Assembly: GCA_051532035.1 (NCBI GenBank)
Contig: JAOPTW010000016.1
Location: forward strand, 1-64,000
Origin: Fibrobacterales bacterium
GTDB taxonomy: Bacteria; Fibrobacterota; Fibrobacteria; Fibrobacterales; JAOPTW01
Length of the DNA: 64,000 nucleotides
Direction: 5' to 3'
Under the pieces are notes generated by a model. The model ran no database searches, was not told where the DNA came from, and worked only from the letters and a program-made list of their open reading frames with translations. Below, in pieces: positions 10,301 to 19,844 of this stretch. Position 1 is the first letter of the stretch; every line of letters begins with the position of its first letter. The position numbers and the translations under genes were made by a program.

Positions 10301-11393
10301 CTACTCTTCGATAGGTCAAGCCTTCATTGACTGGCGCCCCTGACATTGAGAGCCGCTTTGAAGCCAACCGCTCTGTACTCCCCTGCTTTTTATATCCTAA
10401 GTAATAGGTGTGATGCCACGAATAAGGAGAGTGACTAAAAAACCTTTTTACCGCAAGACCAGAATACTCTGCATGCTCAGTTGCGATAGACTTCCAAATA
10501 CCCGATCCATGTCCAAAAAAGTAGAGTGAATCATACCGATCAAATGCACCATTTGCCACACCATCTGCACCGTAATCTACAACTGAGAGAGGGACTTCTG
10601 TTAGACTCGGCTGTATGACCTCTTGGGGCACTGCATGAGTAAGTGTATCGGCAGTGCCGGTCAAAAGTACCAATTGATCGACATTGATACCGCTGAGAGA
10701 AAGTCCCTTTTGGAGTAATGCCTTTTCAATTTGAATATAAGAGAGCCCATAATAGCCGTCCTCTTTTTGGGTGTGTAATTCACGATCACCAATAGTAAAT
10801 GAGGCAAGGAGAGCAATTGAGCCGAGAGATGTGTGTTGCTTTTTAAAGAGCGGTCGGCCACGCAAAGCCCCTTTTTGTTTTCTTCCATTAATAGTATTGC
10901 ACAATGGTGCCACAACAGGAGTAAGCCCCCCTCTCGACTGTATTGAAAGAGAAAACTTTTTTGTAATAGTGAATGACTTGCTTTGGGAGTTATACTGTGC
11001 CAAAGGAACTTGAATGAGGGCGATTGGCGTTCCCCTACAGGTCCCCCCAGTCTCTACCACAACTCCTTGGCTTTCACTACCTACACCATCGGTGTGCTTA
11101 AAGCGTCTCGGAGCAACATTCTCTCTGATCTCGGAGCTATGCACTTGTAGAGAGACCGATAGTTGTTGCGCTGCATTCTCGAGGGCCACGGCGTAACTTC
11201 TGTATGGCATTGCATAGCGATCAGGAGTACTTTTTAAGAAACTTCGATTGGCATTAACTATAATGCCATCATTACTACTATCAATGGAAAGTATGCTCAC
11301 ACTATCATTGTAGGTGAAACTACCAATGCCCCAAAGGTGAGTAGGGAGCAGCGTCCCAACACAAAATAACATAAAGAGCATTTTTAAATACAT
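7326..11393 (-). CDS. porU: Type IX secretion sortase PorU-like protein (peptidase C25 + C-terminal T9SS/FlgD-Ig domain)
   Basis: Signal peptide; C25 motifs YLIITP, VLLFGDG, VGRVPV, catalytic FYGHGG and SFSCTVGRF, LLGEP; C-terminal YSVPNP...KIYNQRGKLVK...WDGRD...NGVYFYKV. Confidence 0.75.
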   Translation of the reverse strand: MYLKMLFMLFCVGTLLPTHLWGIGSFTYNDSVSILSIDSSNDGIIVNANRSFLKSTPDRYAMPYRSYAVALENAAQQLSVSLQVHSSEIRENVAPRRFKHTDGVGSESQGVVVETGGTCRGTPIALIQVPLAQYNSQSKSFTITKKFSLSIQSRGGLTPVVAPLCNTINGRKQKGALRGRPLFKKQHTSLGSIALLASFTIGDRELHTQKEDGYYGLSYIQIEKALLQKGLSLSGINVDQLVLLTGTADTLTHAVPQEVIQPSLTEVPLSVVDYGADGVANGAFDRYDSLYFFGHGSGIWKSIATEHAEYSGLAVKRFFSHSPYSWHHTYYLGYKKQGSTERLASKRLSMSGAPVNEGLTYRRVEKDSRLWDGYFSDSNEMKLDRESGKEWFWKWFKPKVIDSLMNQQLLDESIKKLPDLIPGQTAYIGVSFQPMRSKSGTGKFDRSTLSMAERLFNISFTFRVNKEEVTSIGNAIPITGNTQWFQTDALENEYNFYRLIVNNSAIDDHGQRFDGYSLAYPSQLMYQSGGRYIDPTLTPGANTVNLVGDTSDLYALRIESHEAVSLHAVPNGSFTDTLSNPEEVRYYLFKPSDVRSVDSIVPILSPPFVSQDITTIPGAEYLIITPEAFQAQAWSLKQFRESGRAGYSITTEVVTAEDIYRMYSSGRVSPVALRDYIRYYLTKHPQLTHVLLFGDGHYDYRNLNGTNRVNPLPPYEIESVAAEDFFTVLDAGEECPFGEYLRDLYVGRVPVETEADASAYITKIVEYEDGAQKDNGPWRNRALFVSDDFYQYKNDSIQQHDGIQNHDVQSNNLYEAVRALQPARNTEHFFLHDYMRNYSRVTPVASKNLTRLLNDGQLYTTFYGHGGTVGWSDEELLRSRELGKLYNRKKLTILGSFSCTVGRFEDGKGNVLGERFVRDPGKGAIASIGALRESYSNRNGVFGQLVTEAVFDTTRTVTLGEALHVAKISENNHSGDRFNDLKYLLLGEPVLRVPSPSLSIQNFTTPDTLMGLDSITLSGSLSGYSRGGNGMVSLTLHEADTTKALEIEWIDNDDDFDDYSDTRNEHDQMNGRLLYSELVPLVAGQFSTTFLSPSDIREGEQAKLRAYFWEEGSGRSGWHYSESIVLGKRSPFADSISDTQAPDIVASNCVDADYSEHYLSSTITIALNGCIQIMVSDSLALDFTSSEGRGIFYSADTVWNNLRPIYLEQRSKKAVFRLEFTDKLFEPGTMPLKITATDLLGNKTVREYTIELTGTLTSGLIDLYSVPNPLKSSTTFYFKSMNSDFYRASIKIYNQRGKLVKMIPQAYSGRTTWDGRDEWGNYLANGVYFYKVFYSVPRDDGNAEYSKIQKLVISR

Positions 11394-11409
11394 TACTCGA
11401 CTCGCAATA

Positions 11410-12300
11410 TTAGTGCATCATAAAGAGAAGTTGATTTTGAGCATTAAGGATCTCGTTTTTAAAAGCAGAGACCGGCTCTTGCATGAGATGCTCAATCAGT
11501 AGCTTCTTAGGCTTGATCTCTTCAACGGGAGTATCCATAGCCACATTACACTCCTCTTTTAACCAAATAATCGCATCTTGTAATGTTCCCAGTGTATCGA
11601 TAAGCCCCACTTCATAGGCCTTTTTACCGGTTATTACACGCCCATCTGCAATAGGTATTAAGTCTTCTTCTGAAATTGAACGATGTTTCAAAATTTCAGT
11701 AAAGAATTGTTCATAAGTATCATCAATCAATGATTCCAAATACTTTATCTCTTTTGCAGTACTATGACGAAAGGGGCTGCCCACGTCTTTGAGGTCACCA
11801 CTTTTAACCGTAGTAAATGAGAGACCTATCTTCTTCAAAAGTTCTTTTGAATCGGGAAACTGAAATATCACTCCGATACTCCCTGTCAATGTCCCTTCAT
11901 TTGCAAATATCTTTTGAGCACTGAGGGTAGAATAGAGGCCACCCGATGCAGCAATATCACCGTAACTCGCAACAACAGGAATAGAGTCAGCTCTGAGGCG
12001 CGCTATCTGAGAGTTAATCTCTTGGGATGATGCTACGGTACCACCTGGAGAATTTACGCGAACAACCACCCCTCTAATGTTTTCATCAGTACGCATTCTT
12101 TCGAGTTGATTCACCACTTTTTCAGATTCATGAATAGCGCCTTCAATTTTGACCAGACCAATATGCGGGGTCGAGAAATTATCTAACGAAAGGTCACCAT
12201 CCATTGAACGTGAAACAAGAGCGCTGCAGCCCCCCACCATAATGAAAAAACTACACATCAATGCAACAATTGATAATACAATTACTTTACCTGTACTCAT
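11410..12300 (-). CDS. sppA: Signal peptide peptidase SppA (36K type)
   Basis: RVNSPGG, AASGGLY, TGSIGV, KSGDLKD, ADGRVITG. Confidence 0.93.
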   Translation of the reverse strand: MSTGKVIVLSIVALMCSFFIMVGGCSALVSRSMDGDLSLDNFSTPHIGLVKIEGAIHESEKVVNQLERMRTDENIRGVVVRVNSPGGTVASSQEINSQIARLRADSIPVVASYGDIAASGGLYSTLSAQKIFANEGTLTGSIGVIFQFPDSKELLKKIGLSFTTVKSGDLKDVGSPFRHSTAKEIKYLESLIDDTYEQFFTEILKHRSISEEDLIPIADGRVITGKKAYEVGLIDTLGTLQDAIIWLKEECNVAMDTPVEEIKPKKLLIEHLMQEPVSAFKNEILNAQNQLLFMMH

Positions 12301-12312
12301 GTTTAAATCCTG

Positions 12313-14532
12313 TTATTTTATTCTTAGCTTCATGCCAGGAACTATTCTATTACCAATGTTATTTAATAGTTTCAGTTTTTGAATAGAGATATTGTGTTTT
12401 TTTGCAATACTCCAGAGAGAATCACCACTTCGCACAATATAATGACTTCCTGTATCGCCACTACTATTTTGAGCAGTATGTATAATCAATTTCTGTCCGG
12501 GATAGATACGTGACCCTTTCATGCGATTCCACACCTTAATGTCCTTAACGGTAACATTATATTTAAGTGCAATTTTATAAATTGATTCACCCCCTCGAAC
12601 TCGGTGACGTATTTTTGAATTACTCTTTTTAGGTGCTGATTTTTTAGCAATACGTGATTTCTTTTTTGCCACCACCTTTGCCTGACTCACTGGTGTAACT
12701 TTCAGTTCTTGACCAGGATAAATACGTGAACGATTCAAGCTGTTAAGCTTCTTTAGCTTTGCAAGGGTAATCCCATATTTATTCGCAATAGTATACAGGC
12801 TTTCTCCACTTTTAACCGTATGAAGAACATAGGCGCCTTTTGCCTCTTTCGGTTCTATAACTCTATCATCAACGCCTTCTACGCCATAGAGCTTTAGCTT
12901 TTGTCCAACATGGAGCACCGACTTGTGTGATAATGAATTCCACGAAAGAAGCTCTTTAAGACTCACTCCAAATTTGCGGGCAATGGTATAGAGATTATCA
13001 CCGGATTTAACCCGATATGAGTTAGACTTTCCTTTCGCAGAGGCAACAGATTTTTTTGTCCGCTTCTTTGATGCTTTTTTAGCTTTCTTTTTTTTCTTTT
13101 TACTCGATTTTTTGGAAACCTTAGCATACTTATGTTCAGAAAGAGGTATGACAAGCATTTGACGCGCCATAATATTTGAGCCTCTAATATTATTAGAAGA
13201 CTTAAGCGCTCTTACCGTCACCCCATATTTGCGGGCTATAATTCCAAGGCTTTCTCCCCATGCGACACGGTGCCTCACCCATTTGACCAACTTGGACTTA
13301 TCCATTTTGGCATAGGCATCCATAAACGCTGCAGAAGTTCCTTTGGGTACTCGAAGATTATAGGTACGTACATTAGGAGGAGTACACCAGCGTCGAACTT
13401 CTGGATTAATCTTTCTCATAATAGAATCTGAAACATGTATCATTTTGGCTGCAACATCAAGAGAGATACAGTGTTTAACCTTTACTGTCTCAGTTTCAGG
13501 TCGCACCACCGGCACTATATTTGTAATACCGAACTGCTCTGGATAATGGCCAATAATTGCTGCAGCAATTATCCGAGGAACATAGCGCATTGTTTCACGA
13601 GGCAGGGGGAGCTCCCAGTAATCTCTGGTCCCATGTTTACGAATAAGTCTGCGTACACGAGTTTCTCCACAGTTATATGCCGCAAAAGCAAGGTACCAAT
13701 CACCAAATTCATTATGGAGGCGCGTGAGATACCGAATAGCACCATCAGTTGCTCGTTCAGGATTACGACGACCATCAAACCAATAGTCTGATTTCAAATC
13801 ATACCGACGACCTGTAGCACGAATAAATTGCCAAATTCCACTTGCACTTGCACTTGAATAGGCTTTCACTTTAAAGCCCGACTCAATCAGTGACTGATAA
13901 ATGATATCTGTCGGCATTTCAGCGGCTTCAAGCTTTGTCTTAATCATAGTCTCAAATTGAGCCATGCGCCCCAGGGAGCCTTCCATAAAAGTAGGCACCA
14001 CAGTACTCAGATATTTTAACTCACGCATAACCCTATCATTTATAACGATAGGCATATCAAATACTGAGTGGTCAATGCTATCAAGATGAAACTCTTTACC
14101 CCCAACATAGTCGGTTTCGCCTTGGCCCAGTGGTTCCTCTGGAAAGACAAATTCAGGATCGACAACCATTGATTCAGAACTTTTAAGATAGACCTCTTCG
14201 AGAATATCAAGAATGTCAATAAAAAGTTGCTGTCCTTTGATAGTAATCGAGTCTGTTGGTGGTGCATTTTTTGGGGTAATATAAGAGAGTATTTCAACGG
14301 CCTGTTCAAGATGTGCCTCTGCACCAAGCCAATCACTATCTTCGATGCTTTGAATACCTGCCTCGTAAAGATCAACGGCAAGCTCAAAAGTATAGGCCTC
14401 TTCTTTGGCTGGCCCTTCGGTAATCGGCGCTGTAGATGCACAGGATAGTAACACTGTAAGAGCGGTAAGAAATAAGAGTATATGTAGAATCATTTTCATA
14501 AGAGCTGCAACGGGGTAGTAGTTCTTGTTCAA
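12313..14532 (-). CDS. MltD-like lytic transglycosylase lipoprotein with five LysM repeats (true start may be the downstream MKMIL ATG)
   Basis: Lipobox LLSC; SLT motifs IESGF, ASGIWQF, AAYNCG, LPRETMRYVP; five xVxxG(E/D)(S/N)(L/I)xxIAxK LysM repeats with Lys-rich linkers. Confidence 0.9.
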   Translation of the reverse strand: MNKNYYPVAALMKMILHILLFLTALTVLLSCASTAPITEGPAKEEAYTFELAVDLYEAGIQSIEDSDWLGAEAHLEQAVEILSYITPKNAPPTDSITIKGQQLFIDILDILEEVYLKSSESMVVDPEFVFPEEPLGQGETDYVGGKEFHLDSIDHSVFDMPIVINDRVMRELKYLSTVVPTFMEGSLGRMAQFETMIKTKLEAAEMPTDIIYQSLIESGFKVKAYSSASASGIWQFIRATGRRYDLKSDYWFDGRRNPERATDGAIRYLTRLHNEFGDWYLAFAAYNCGETRVRRLIRKHGTRDYWELPLPRETMRYVPRIIAAAIIGHYPEQFGITNIVPVVRPETETVKVKHCISLDVAAKMIHVSDSIMRKINPEVRRWCTPPNVRTYNLRVPKGTSAAFMDAYAKMDKSKLVKWVRHRVAWGESLGIIARKYGVTVRALKSSNNIRGSNIMARQMLVIPLSEHKYAKVSKKSSKKKKKKAKKASKKRTKKSVASAKGKSNSYRVKSGDNLYTIARKFGVSLKELLSWNSLSHKSVLHVGQKLKLYGVEGVDDRVIEPKEAKGAYVLHTVKSGESLYTIANKYGITLAKLKKLNSLNRSRIYPGQELKVTPVSQAKVVAKKKSRIAKKSAPKKSNSKIRHRVRGGESIYKIALKYNVTVKDIKVWNRMKGSRIYPGQKLIIHTAQNSSGDTGSHYIVRSGDSLWSIAKKHNISIQKLKLLNNIGNRIVPGMKLRIK

Positions 14533-14696
14533 AATACCTAAATCCCAAACAAAAACCGTAAATATTAAGATATACTACCACTTTTTTGCTAAATAAAGAG
14601 TAAAATTTTGCACTTTTATAGGAACTGGCTAAAGTTGTTTTGTCCAGAAAACCTGAGCTAAAATCACAGCTCACCCCTTAAACCTACAGGTATCAA

Positions 14697-16022
14697 TTGA
14701 GCTGGGAAAAATGTCTTGATAGTTTAAAAAACAAGTTATCGGATCAAATATTTTCGACGCACATTCTAGGAATGAAGCTCGTTCAAGTTGATGATATCCA
14801 CAAGAAGGTTATTGCGTCTCTGCCTATGGGTGCTGATGCACAACTGATTAACCAAAGCTTTAAGGGGATGATAGAGTATGAATATTTGATCTTAAAAGGG
14901 CAGATGTACTCCTTCTCATTTATTCAAGAGAACAGGCGACACACACCCACTTTTGAATCAAATTATGGGGACAAAGTATTCACCCAATTCCCCAAAGTCC
15001 CCCTCAACCCCAAATATACCTTTGACTCATTTGTGGTTGGTGGAAACTCGCAATTTGCCTATTCTGCATCAGATGCAGTATCAAATTCCCCCGGAAGCTC
15101 AAAATTTAACCCACTCCTTATCTATGGGGGGTCGGGCCTCGGTAAAACCCACCTGATTCAAGCAATTGGCAACCGGATTAAAGTTAATAATCCGGGAAAG
15201 ACAATACGATATGTGGTTGCCGAAGATTTTATGCGAGAGTTTGTTGAATCCCTCAAAAATAAGACTATTACCGAGTTCTCAAACTACTACCGGCATGATG
15301 TAGATATACTCCTCATGGATGATATTCAGTTTTTAAGTGGAAAACTCGAAACACAAAATGAGTTTTTCCATATTTTTAACGCACTACACCAATCGGGCAA
15401 ACAGATAGTATTAACCTCTGACAACTCACCGTCTGACGTAACGGGACTCGAAGATCGCCTTATTTCACGTTTTCAGTGGGGCCTTTGTGTTGACATACAA
15501 CAACCCGATGTAGAAACACGTGAAGCGATTATACGAAAGAAATCTGAATCTGATCACCTGAAACTCCATGATGAAATCATAGAGTATCTTGCAATCAACA
15601 TTGACGGAAATATCCGACTGATTGAAGGGGCTATCAGAAAACTGACTCTCCTTTCATCACTCAAAAATGATGATATTACTCTTGAAATGGCAAAAGAAGT
15701 TGTTGTCGGGATTCCTCGTGCCACAACGCGTCGTATTAATGTTGACGAGATCATAGAAGCAATCTCTCGATACTACAATGTAGAGATCGACCGTATTCTC
15801 GAAGGAGGGCGCGGCACTAAAGAAGTTGCTCAAGCACGGCATATCGCCATGTACCTGATAAAAGAGCTTTCAAGCCTTTCTTTAAAATCAATAGGAAAAC
15901 GTTTTGGCGATAGAGACCATTCAACGGTGGTTCACTCTATTAAAGCAGTTCAAAAAATGATGATTAATGATCCGTCTTATCGCCGGGGCATTGAAGAGCT
16001 CAAAGCGAAGCTTCAACGATAA
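14697..16022 (+). CDS. dnaA: Chromosomal replication initiator DnaA
   Basis: LNPKYTFDSFVVG, NPLLIYGGSGLGKTHL, LMDDIQF, EFFHIFNAL, RLISRF, FGDRDHSTV; TTG start. Confidence 0.97.
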   Translation: MSWEKCLDSLKNKLSDQIFSTHILGMKLVQVDDIHKKVIASLPMGADAQLINQSFKGMIEYEYLILKGQMYSFSFIQENRRHTPTFESNYGDKVFTQFPKVPLNPKYTFDSFVVGGNSQFAYSASDAVSNSPGSSKFNPLLIYGGSGLGKTHLIQAIGNRIKVNNPGKTIRYVVAEDFMREFVESLKNKTITEFSNYYRHDVDILLMDDIQFLSGKLETQNEFFHIFNALHQSGKQIVLTSDNSPSDVTGLEDRLISRFQWGLCVDIQQPDVETREAIIRKKSESDHLKLHDEIIEYLAINIDGNIRLIEGAIRKLTLLSSLKNDDITLEMAKEVVVGIPRATTRRINVDEIIEAISRYYNVEIDRILEGGRGTKEVAQARHIAMYLIKELSSLSLKSIGKRFGDRDHSTVVHSIKAVQKMMINDPSYRRGIEELKAKLQR

Positions 16023-16049
16023 TATTCAAAAACACCTCTAAAAAGGGAG

Positions 16050-16074
16050 CAGCTTATCCCCAATGGATAAGCTG
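16050..16074. repeat. Perfect 10-bp inverted repeat between convergent dnaA and hemE (terminator-like; arms resemble DnaA boxes)
   Basis: CAGCTTATCC-ccaat-GGATAAGCTG. Confidence 0.65.
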
Positions 16075-16085
16075 ACACCCAACAA

Positions 16086-17114
16086 CTATCGGCCTTGAAT
16101 TGTTCTGACAAAGGCCTCAACACCTGAAATAGGCATTGTTGGCGTAACCCCATGGCCTAAATTCATAATATGAGGGCGATCCTGAACAATTTCGAGGATC
16201 TCGCGAGTACGACGTTCGATCTCTGCACTTGGTGCATACAGCATACAAGGGTCGAGGTTACCTTGATAAGTCATGTCGGGACACTCTGCAATAATCTCTT
16301 TAAGAGACACTCTCCAATCAACACCAAGCACATCAGCACCGAGGTCTTGCATCACCGGATACAAATTTGATGCACCATTAGCATAATGGATTACTGGAAC
16401 GGATTCACTCGACTGTATTTCTGAAATAATCTTTTGAGTATAGGGGAAAACAAATTCGCGGTACTCTTCACGAGAAAAATGACCCGCCCAAGAATCCATG
16501 ACTACAACGGCATCAACACCCGACGCTATTTGAAATTTTAGATATTCAATGGTTGTCGCAGCTAACTGTTCCATGAGCAGATGATACACCGGATCTTTTG
16601 AGAACGCCATTTTTTTGGTAAGACTGAGATCTTTTGAGCTTCCGCCTTCAATAATATATGACCCAACAGTAAGAGGCCCACCGGCAAAGCCCATAAGGGG
16701 CACTCTACCATCAAGTCGTTTTTTAATCGCTTTAACAGCACCACCTACAAAGTCTAAATCTTTCTCGACATCTACAGAGGTTATACGCTCCATATCTTCA
16801 ATAGCCCGAACGGGATTACTGATGACAGGCCCTTTACCTTTTACAAATTCAAGGTCAACACCCATTGGTTCTAACAATGTGAGGATGTCTGAAAACATTA
16901 TAGCTGCATCAAAACCAAATCGTTCGATAGGCTGCCAAGTCACCTCTGCACATGCTTCTGGGTTTTTATAAAAATCAACAAATGACGGAAATGAGTTTCT
17001 CACCTTCATATATTCTGGAAGGTATCTCCCCGCCTGTCTCATCACCCATACTGGTTTTGATTCTGTCACTTCACCTGCACAGGCTCTTAAAAATAGGTCG
17101 CTTCTATCCATCAA
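16086..17114 (-). CDS. hemE: Uroporphyrinogen decarboxylase
   Basis: PVWVMRQAGRYLPEY, FSDIL, GFAGGP, QGNLDP, NLGHG. Confidence 0.96.
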   Translation of the reverse strand: MMDRSDLFLRACAGEVTESKPVWVMRQAGRYLPEYMKVRNSFPSFVDFYKNPEACAEVTWQPIERFGFDAAIMFSDILTLLEPMGVDLEFVKGKGPVISNPVRAIEDMERITSVDVEKDLDFVGGAVKAIKKRLDGRVPLMGFAGGPLTVGSYIIEGGSSKDLSLTKKMAFSKDPVYHLLMEQLAATTIEYLKFQIASGVDAVVVMDSWAGHFSREEYREFVFPYTQKIISEIQSSESVPVIHYANGASNLYPVMQDLGADVLGVDWRVSLKEIIAECPDMTYQGNLDPCMLYAPSAEIERRTREILEIVQDRPHIMNLGHGVTPTMPISGVEAFVRTIQGR

Positions 17115-17776
17115 ATCACTCTTTTAAACCAATCTGAAATTGGTTTTCTTGTTGTTGTAAATGTGTTTACCTCAGCATCTTCTTCTACTCCAATGGGAAT
17201 AGCGCAAATGGGTATATTACCCTCGGGTAGCTGACAATGCTTTTCTATAATATCTGGATAGCTCACTCCGAAGTACATAGGACATGCTGCGTATCCTTCT
17301 GCAGTTAATCCATTAAGGAGGCCCCCTAAGAACATACCGCAGTCAAGAAAAGTACCTTTTTCGGCATCACTGCGGGTAGATAAAATCAGTACCTGAGATG
17401 CGTGAAAAAAATGAGCATTTTCTCTATAATGGAGGGCTCGCTTCTCATGATCATCTCTTCCTATTCCTTTATGAGAGAAAAGGCCAAAACCAACTTCTCG
17501 AGCAAGGGCTTTCCACTCATCTGGTAATGGCTCAGGATAGGTTACAAAGGGTTCACTGGGCTTTTGCCCATTATCAAAAGCGCTAAGGCACTCTTCTCTG
17601 AGTGCATCAAGTACACCTTTTTCTATAAGAGTTACCCGCCATGGTTGTACATTTTTTGATGACGCAGAACGAGCTGCCGCTTCCAGTACTTTATGCAGCA
17701 CTTCATCGGGTACAACAGCCCCATCTTTAAAGTATCGACACGACTTTCTCGTGTGAAGTGTTTTAAAAAACTCCAT
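17111..17776 (-). CDS. Nitroreductase family protein
   Basis: RKSCRYF, SASSKNVQPW, DCGMFL; overlaps the hemE start. Confidence 0.88.
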   Translation of the reverse strand: MEFFKTLHTRKSCRYFKDGAVVPDEVLHKVLEAAARSASSKNVQPWRVTLIEKGVLDALREECLSAFDNGQKPSEPFVTYPEPLPDEWKALAREVGFGLFSHKGIGRDDHEKRALHYRENAHFFHASQVLILSTRSDAEKGTFLDCGMFLGGLLNGLTAEGYAACPMYFGVSYPDIIEKHCQLPEGNIPICAIPIGVEEDAEVNTFTTTRKPISDWFKRVI

Positions 17777-17777
17777 A

Positions 17778-18668
17778 CTACACCCTTTTTCTACCAGCTA
17801 CAGCCCACCATTCACCATCTGACATATCGTGATGCACGGCAATACCAACTTCAGAAAACCAATCCAAGATATACTCTTTTTCTTTTAATAGTTGGCCCGA
17901 AATAAGAAGAAGGCCGTTATCATTGAGTAACGTCTCCATCTCTTGTCGCATAGGCCACAGCTCAGTTCGAATCATATTACACAGAATAATATCAAATGCT
18001 GGAGCTTGTTTAAACGCATCAAGGAACCCAAGAATTCCTTGTGCAGGGGGACAGCTATTCAGTTGAAAATTTTCTACAATACAAGGAATGGTGACTGGAT
18101 CAATTTCGGTCACCACTGTCTGGGCACCACACAGTTTTTCGGCGTACATAGCTAAAATACCAGTGCCAGTCCCAATATCAAGAAGGGTTGGCTTATCTGG
18201 TAATAGACCTTTTTCGCGCAAGACCTGCTCCATAAGTCTAATAATAAGAGAGGTTGATTCATGAGTACCGGTACCAAATGCCTGTTTCGCCTCAAGGAGG
18301 ATATCAATACCATTTTCACGAGCAATTCGCTCTACCCATGGCGGATAGACAAAAAGGGTGTCCGTAACAGGTACTGCCTTTTGTTGGGATCTCCAACTCT
18401 CATCCCAATCAACATTCTCTTCATCACCTCGCTCAATCATATATTCAGAAAACTGATCATACAATTCAGTAATGATCGCTTTTGAATTCTCACATATTTT
18501 AAAATAGACTGTGGAATCATTCGATTCATCCAGTTCTTGAATAGAGTGAGCGCCTGCCTCAAAAAGTGAGTAGGAGATCAATTCATAATTATCGCGAGGG
18601 CACTGACCCGTGAGCCAGTAGTACCGTTCTTCTGTCATTATCGTCCTTATAACAATTTCTGTATTCAT
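17778..18668 (-). CDS. prmA: Ribosomal protein L11 methyltransferase
   Basis: DWDESWR, AFGTGTHEST, LLDIGTGTGIL, DIILCN, ISGQL, GEW. Confidence 0.88.
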   Translation of the reverse strand: MNTEIVIRTIMTEERYYWLTGQCPRDNYELISYSLFEAGAHSIQELDESNDSTVYFKICENSKAIITELYDQFSEYMIERGDEENVDWDESWRSQQKAVPVTDTLFVYPPWVERIARENGIDILLEAKQAFGTGTHESTSLIIRLMEQVLREKGLLPDKPTLLDIGTGTGILAMYAEKLCGAQTVVTEIDPVTIPCIVENFQLNSCPPAQGILGFLDAFKQAPAFDIILCNMIRTELWPMRQEMETLLNDNGLLLISGQLLKEKEYILDWFSEVGIAVHHDMSDGEWWAVAGRKRV

Positions 18669-18810
18669 TACAAATATAGGCTCAGCCGAGGCCTATAAAT
18701 GGACAATGTAACAAATTTAATAGTACTCCTCACCCTATTCTGAGGCGAAATGTAAGATAAAAAAATGTGACTTTTCTATATTGTGCCCTAAATTTAGTGT
18801 AACAGGCATA

Positions 18811-19824
18811 ATGAGCAGCTCATCTTCACATAACTCAGGATCATTAGACGCAATGAGTAAAGCGCGAGAGCTTGTACATCATTTAATTGAACGCTCAGAT
18901 ACTGAGATCAATACTATTGCCGAAAACGCACCAGGCAAACTCAAAGACCGACTCTGTTCAGTTGTTGCACGTAAAGGGAAACGAATTCGTTCGACACTCC
19001 TCTATTTATTTGCGACCAGTAATGGCGGTGCTATTGATGAAAAGGCCACAGCAAAATCTGCTGCATCTATCGAACTCCTCCATCTAGCAAGCCTTATACA
19101 CGATGATGTTATTGATGTAAGTGAAACAAGACGGGGCGACAAAACAGCGCACACCAAATGGGGAAACCACATGGCAGTGCTTGTAGGCGACTACACTCTT
19201 GCTCAATCCCTATCACTCGTTGTTCAAAATGACAACAATCATATCGCAGCTCTGATTTCACAAACTGCTGGTGAATTAGTCGCTGGTGAAATTCTTGAAA
19301 TTGACAATCAGGGAAATAACGATCTGAGTATCGAAGAGTATAACAGAATCATTTATGGAAAGACCGCATCACTCCTTGAAGTGTCTGCAGAGATTGGCGC
19401 TATACATGCAGGGTACCCTGCTGAAACCGTCGCCCAGATTCGTAAGGTAGGCAACCTCTTTGGCATGGCTTTTCAAGTTGTAGATGATCTTCTAGACTTT
19501 GGCGTTGGCGCAACCGAACTAGGGAAAAAGCCTTTTACAGATATATCAAATGATGTTATGAGCCTTCCAATTATACTCTTCCTTTCAAAAGCCTCGATTG
19601 AAGAGAAAGAGTCGTTCAAGGCCCTTGCATTAACCACAAGCGAACAGGGTACTATTCCAAAAATATTGGAACTCCTTAATAAACACTCTGTTTTTCGTGA
19701 ATGTCAAACCATTGCACTGAACTATTTAAATGAAGCAACTGAAATATTAAAAGGGCTTCCTGCTTCACAAAGCAGAGAGCTCCTTATTGAAATGTGTGAA
19801 GCCATGAGTTACCGCTGTAACTAA
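18811..19824 (+). CDS. Polyprenyl diphosphate synthase (IspB/HepT-like); ATG 18811 or 18853 more likely than TTG 18781
   Basis: GKRIR, LIHDDVID...RRG, GDY, GKTASL, FQVVDDLLD. Confidence 0.92.
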   Translation: MSSSSSHNSGSLDAMSKARELVHHLIERSDTEINTIAENAPGKLKDRLCSVVARKGKRIRSTLLYLFATSNGGAIDEKATAKSAASIELLHLASLIHDDVIDVSETRRGDKTAHTKWGNHMAVLVGDYTLAQSLSLVVQNDNNHIAALISQTAGELVAGEILEIDNQGNNDLSIEEYNRIIYGKTASLLEVSAEIGAIHAGYPAETVAQIRKVGNLFGMAFQVVDDLLDFGVGATELGKKPFTDISNDVMSLPIILFLSKASIEEKESFKALALTTSEQGTIPKILELLNKHSVFRECQTIALNYLNEATEILKGLPASQSRELLIEMCEAMSYRCN

Positions 19825-19844
19825 TGCTCTTTCACAGAGAGCTC

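Noticed and set aside
12963..13130. Low-complexity T-rich runs as a repeat element
   Set aside because: They encode Lys-rich linkers between LysM domains.
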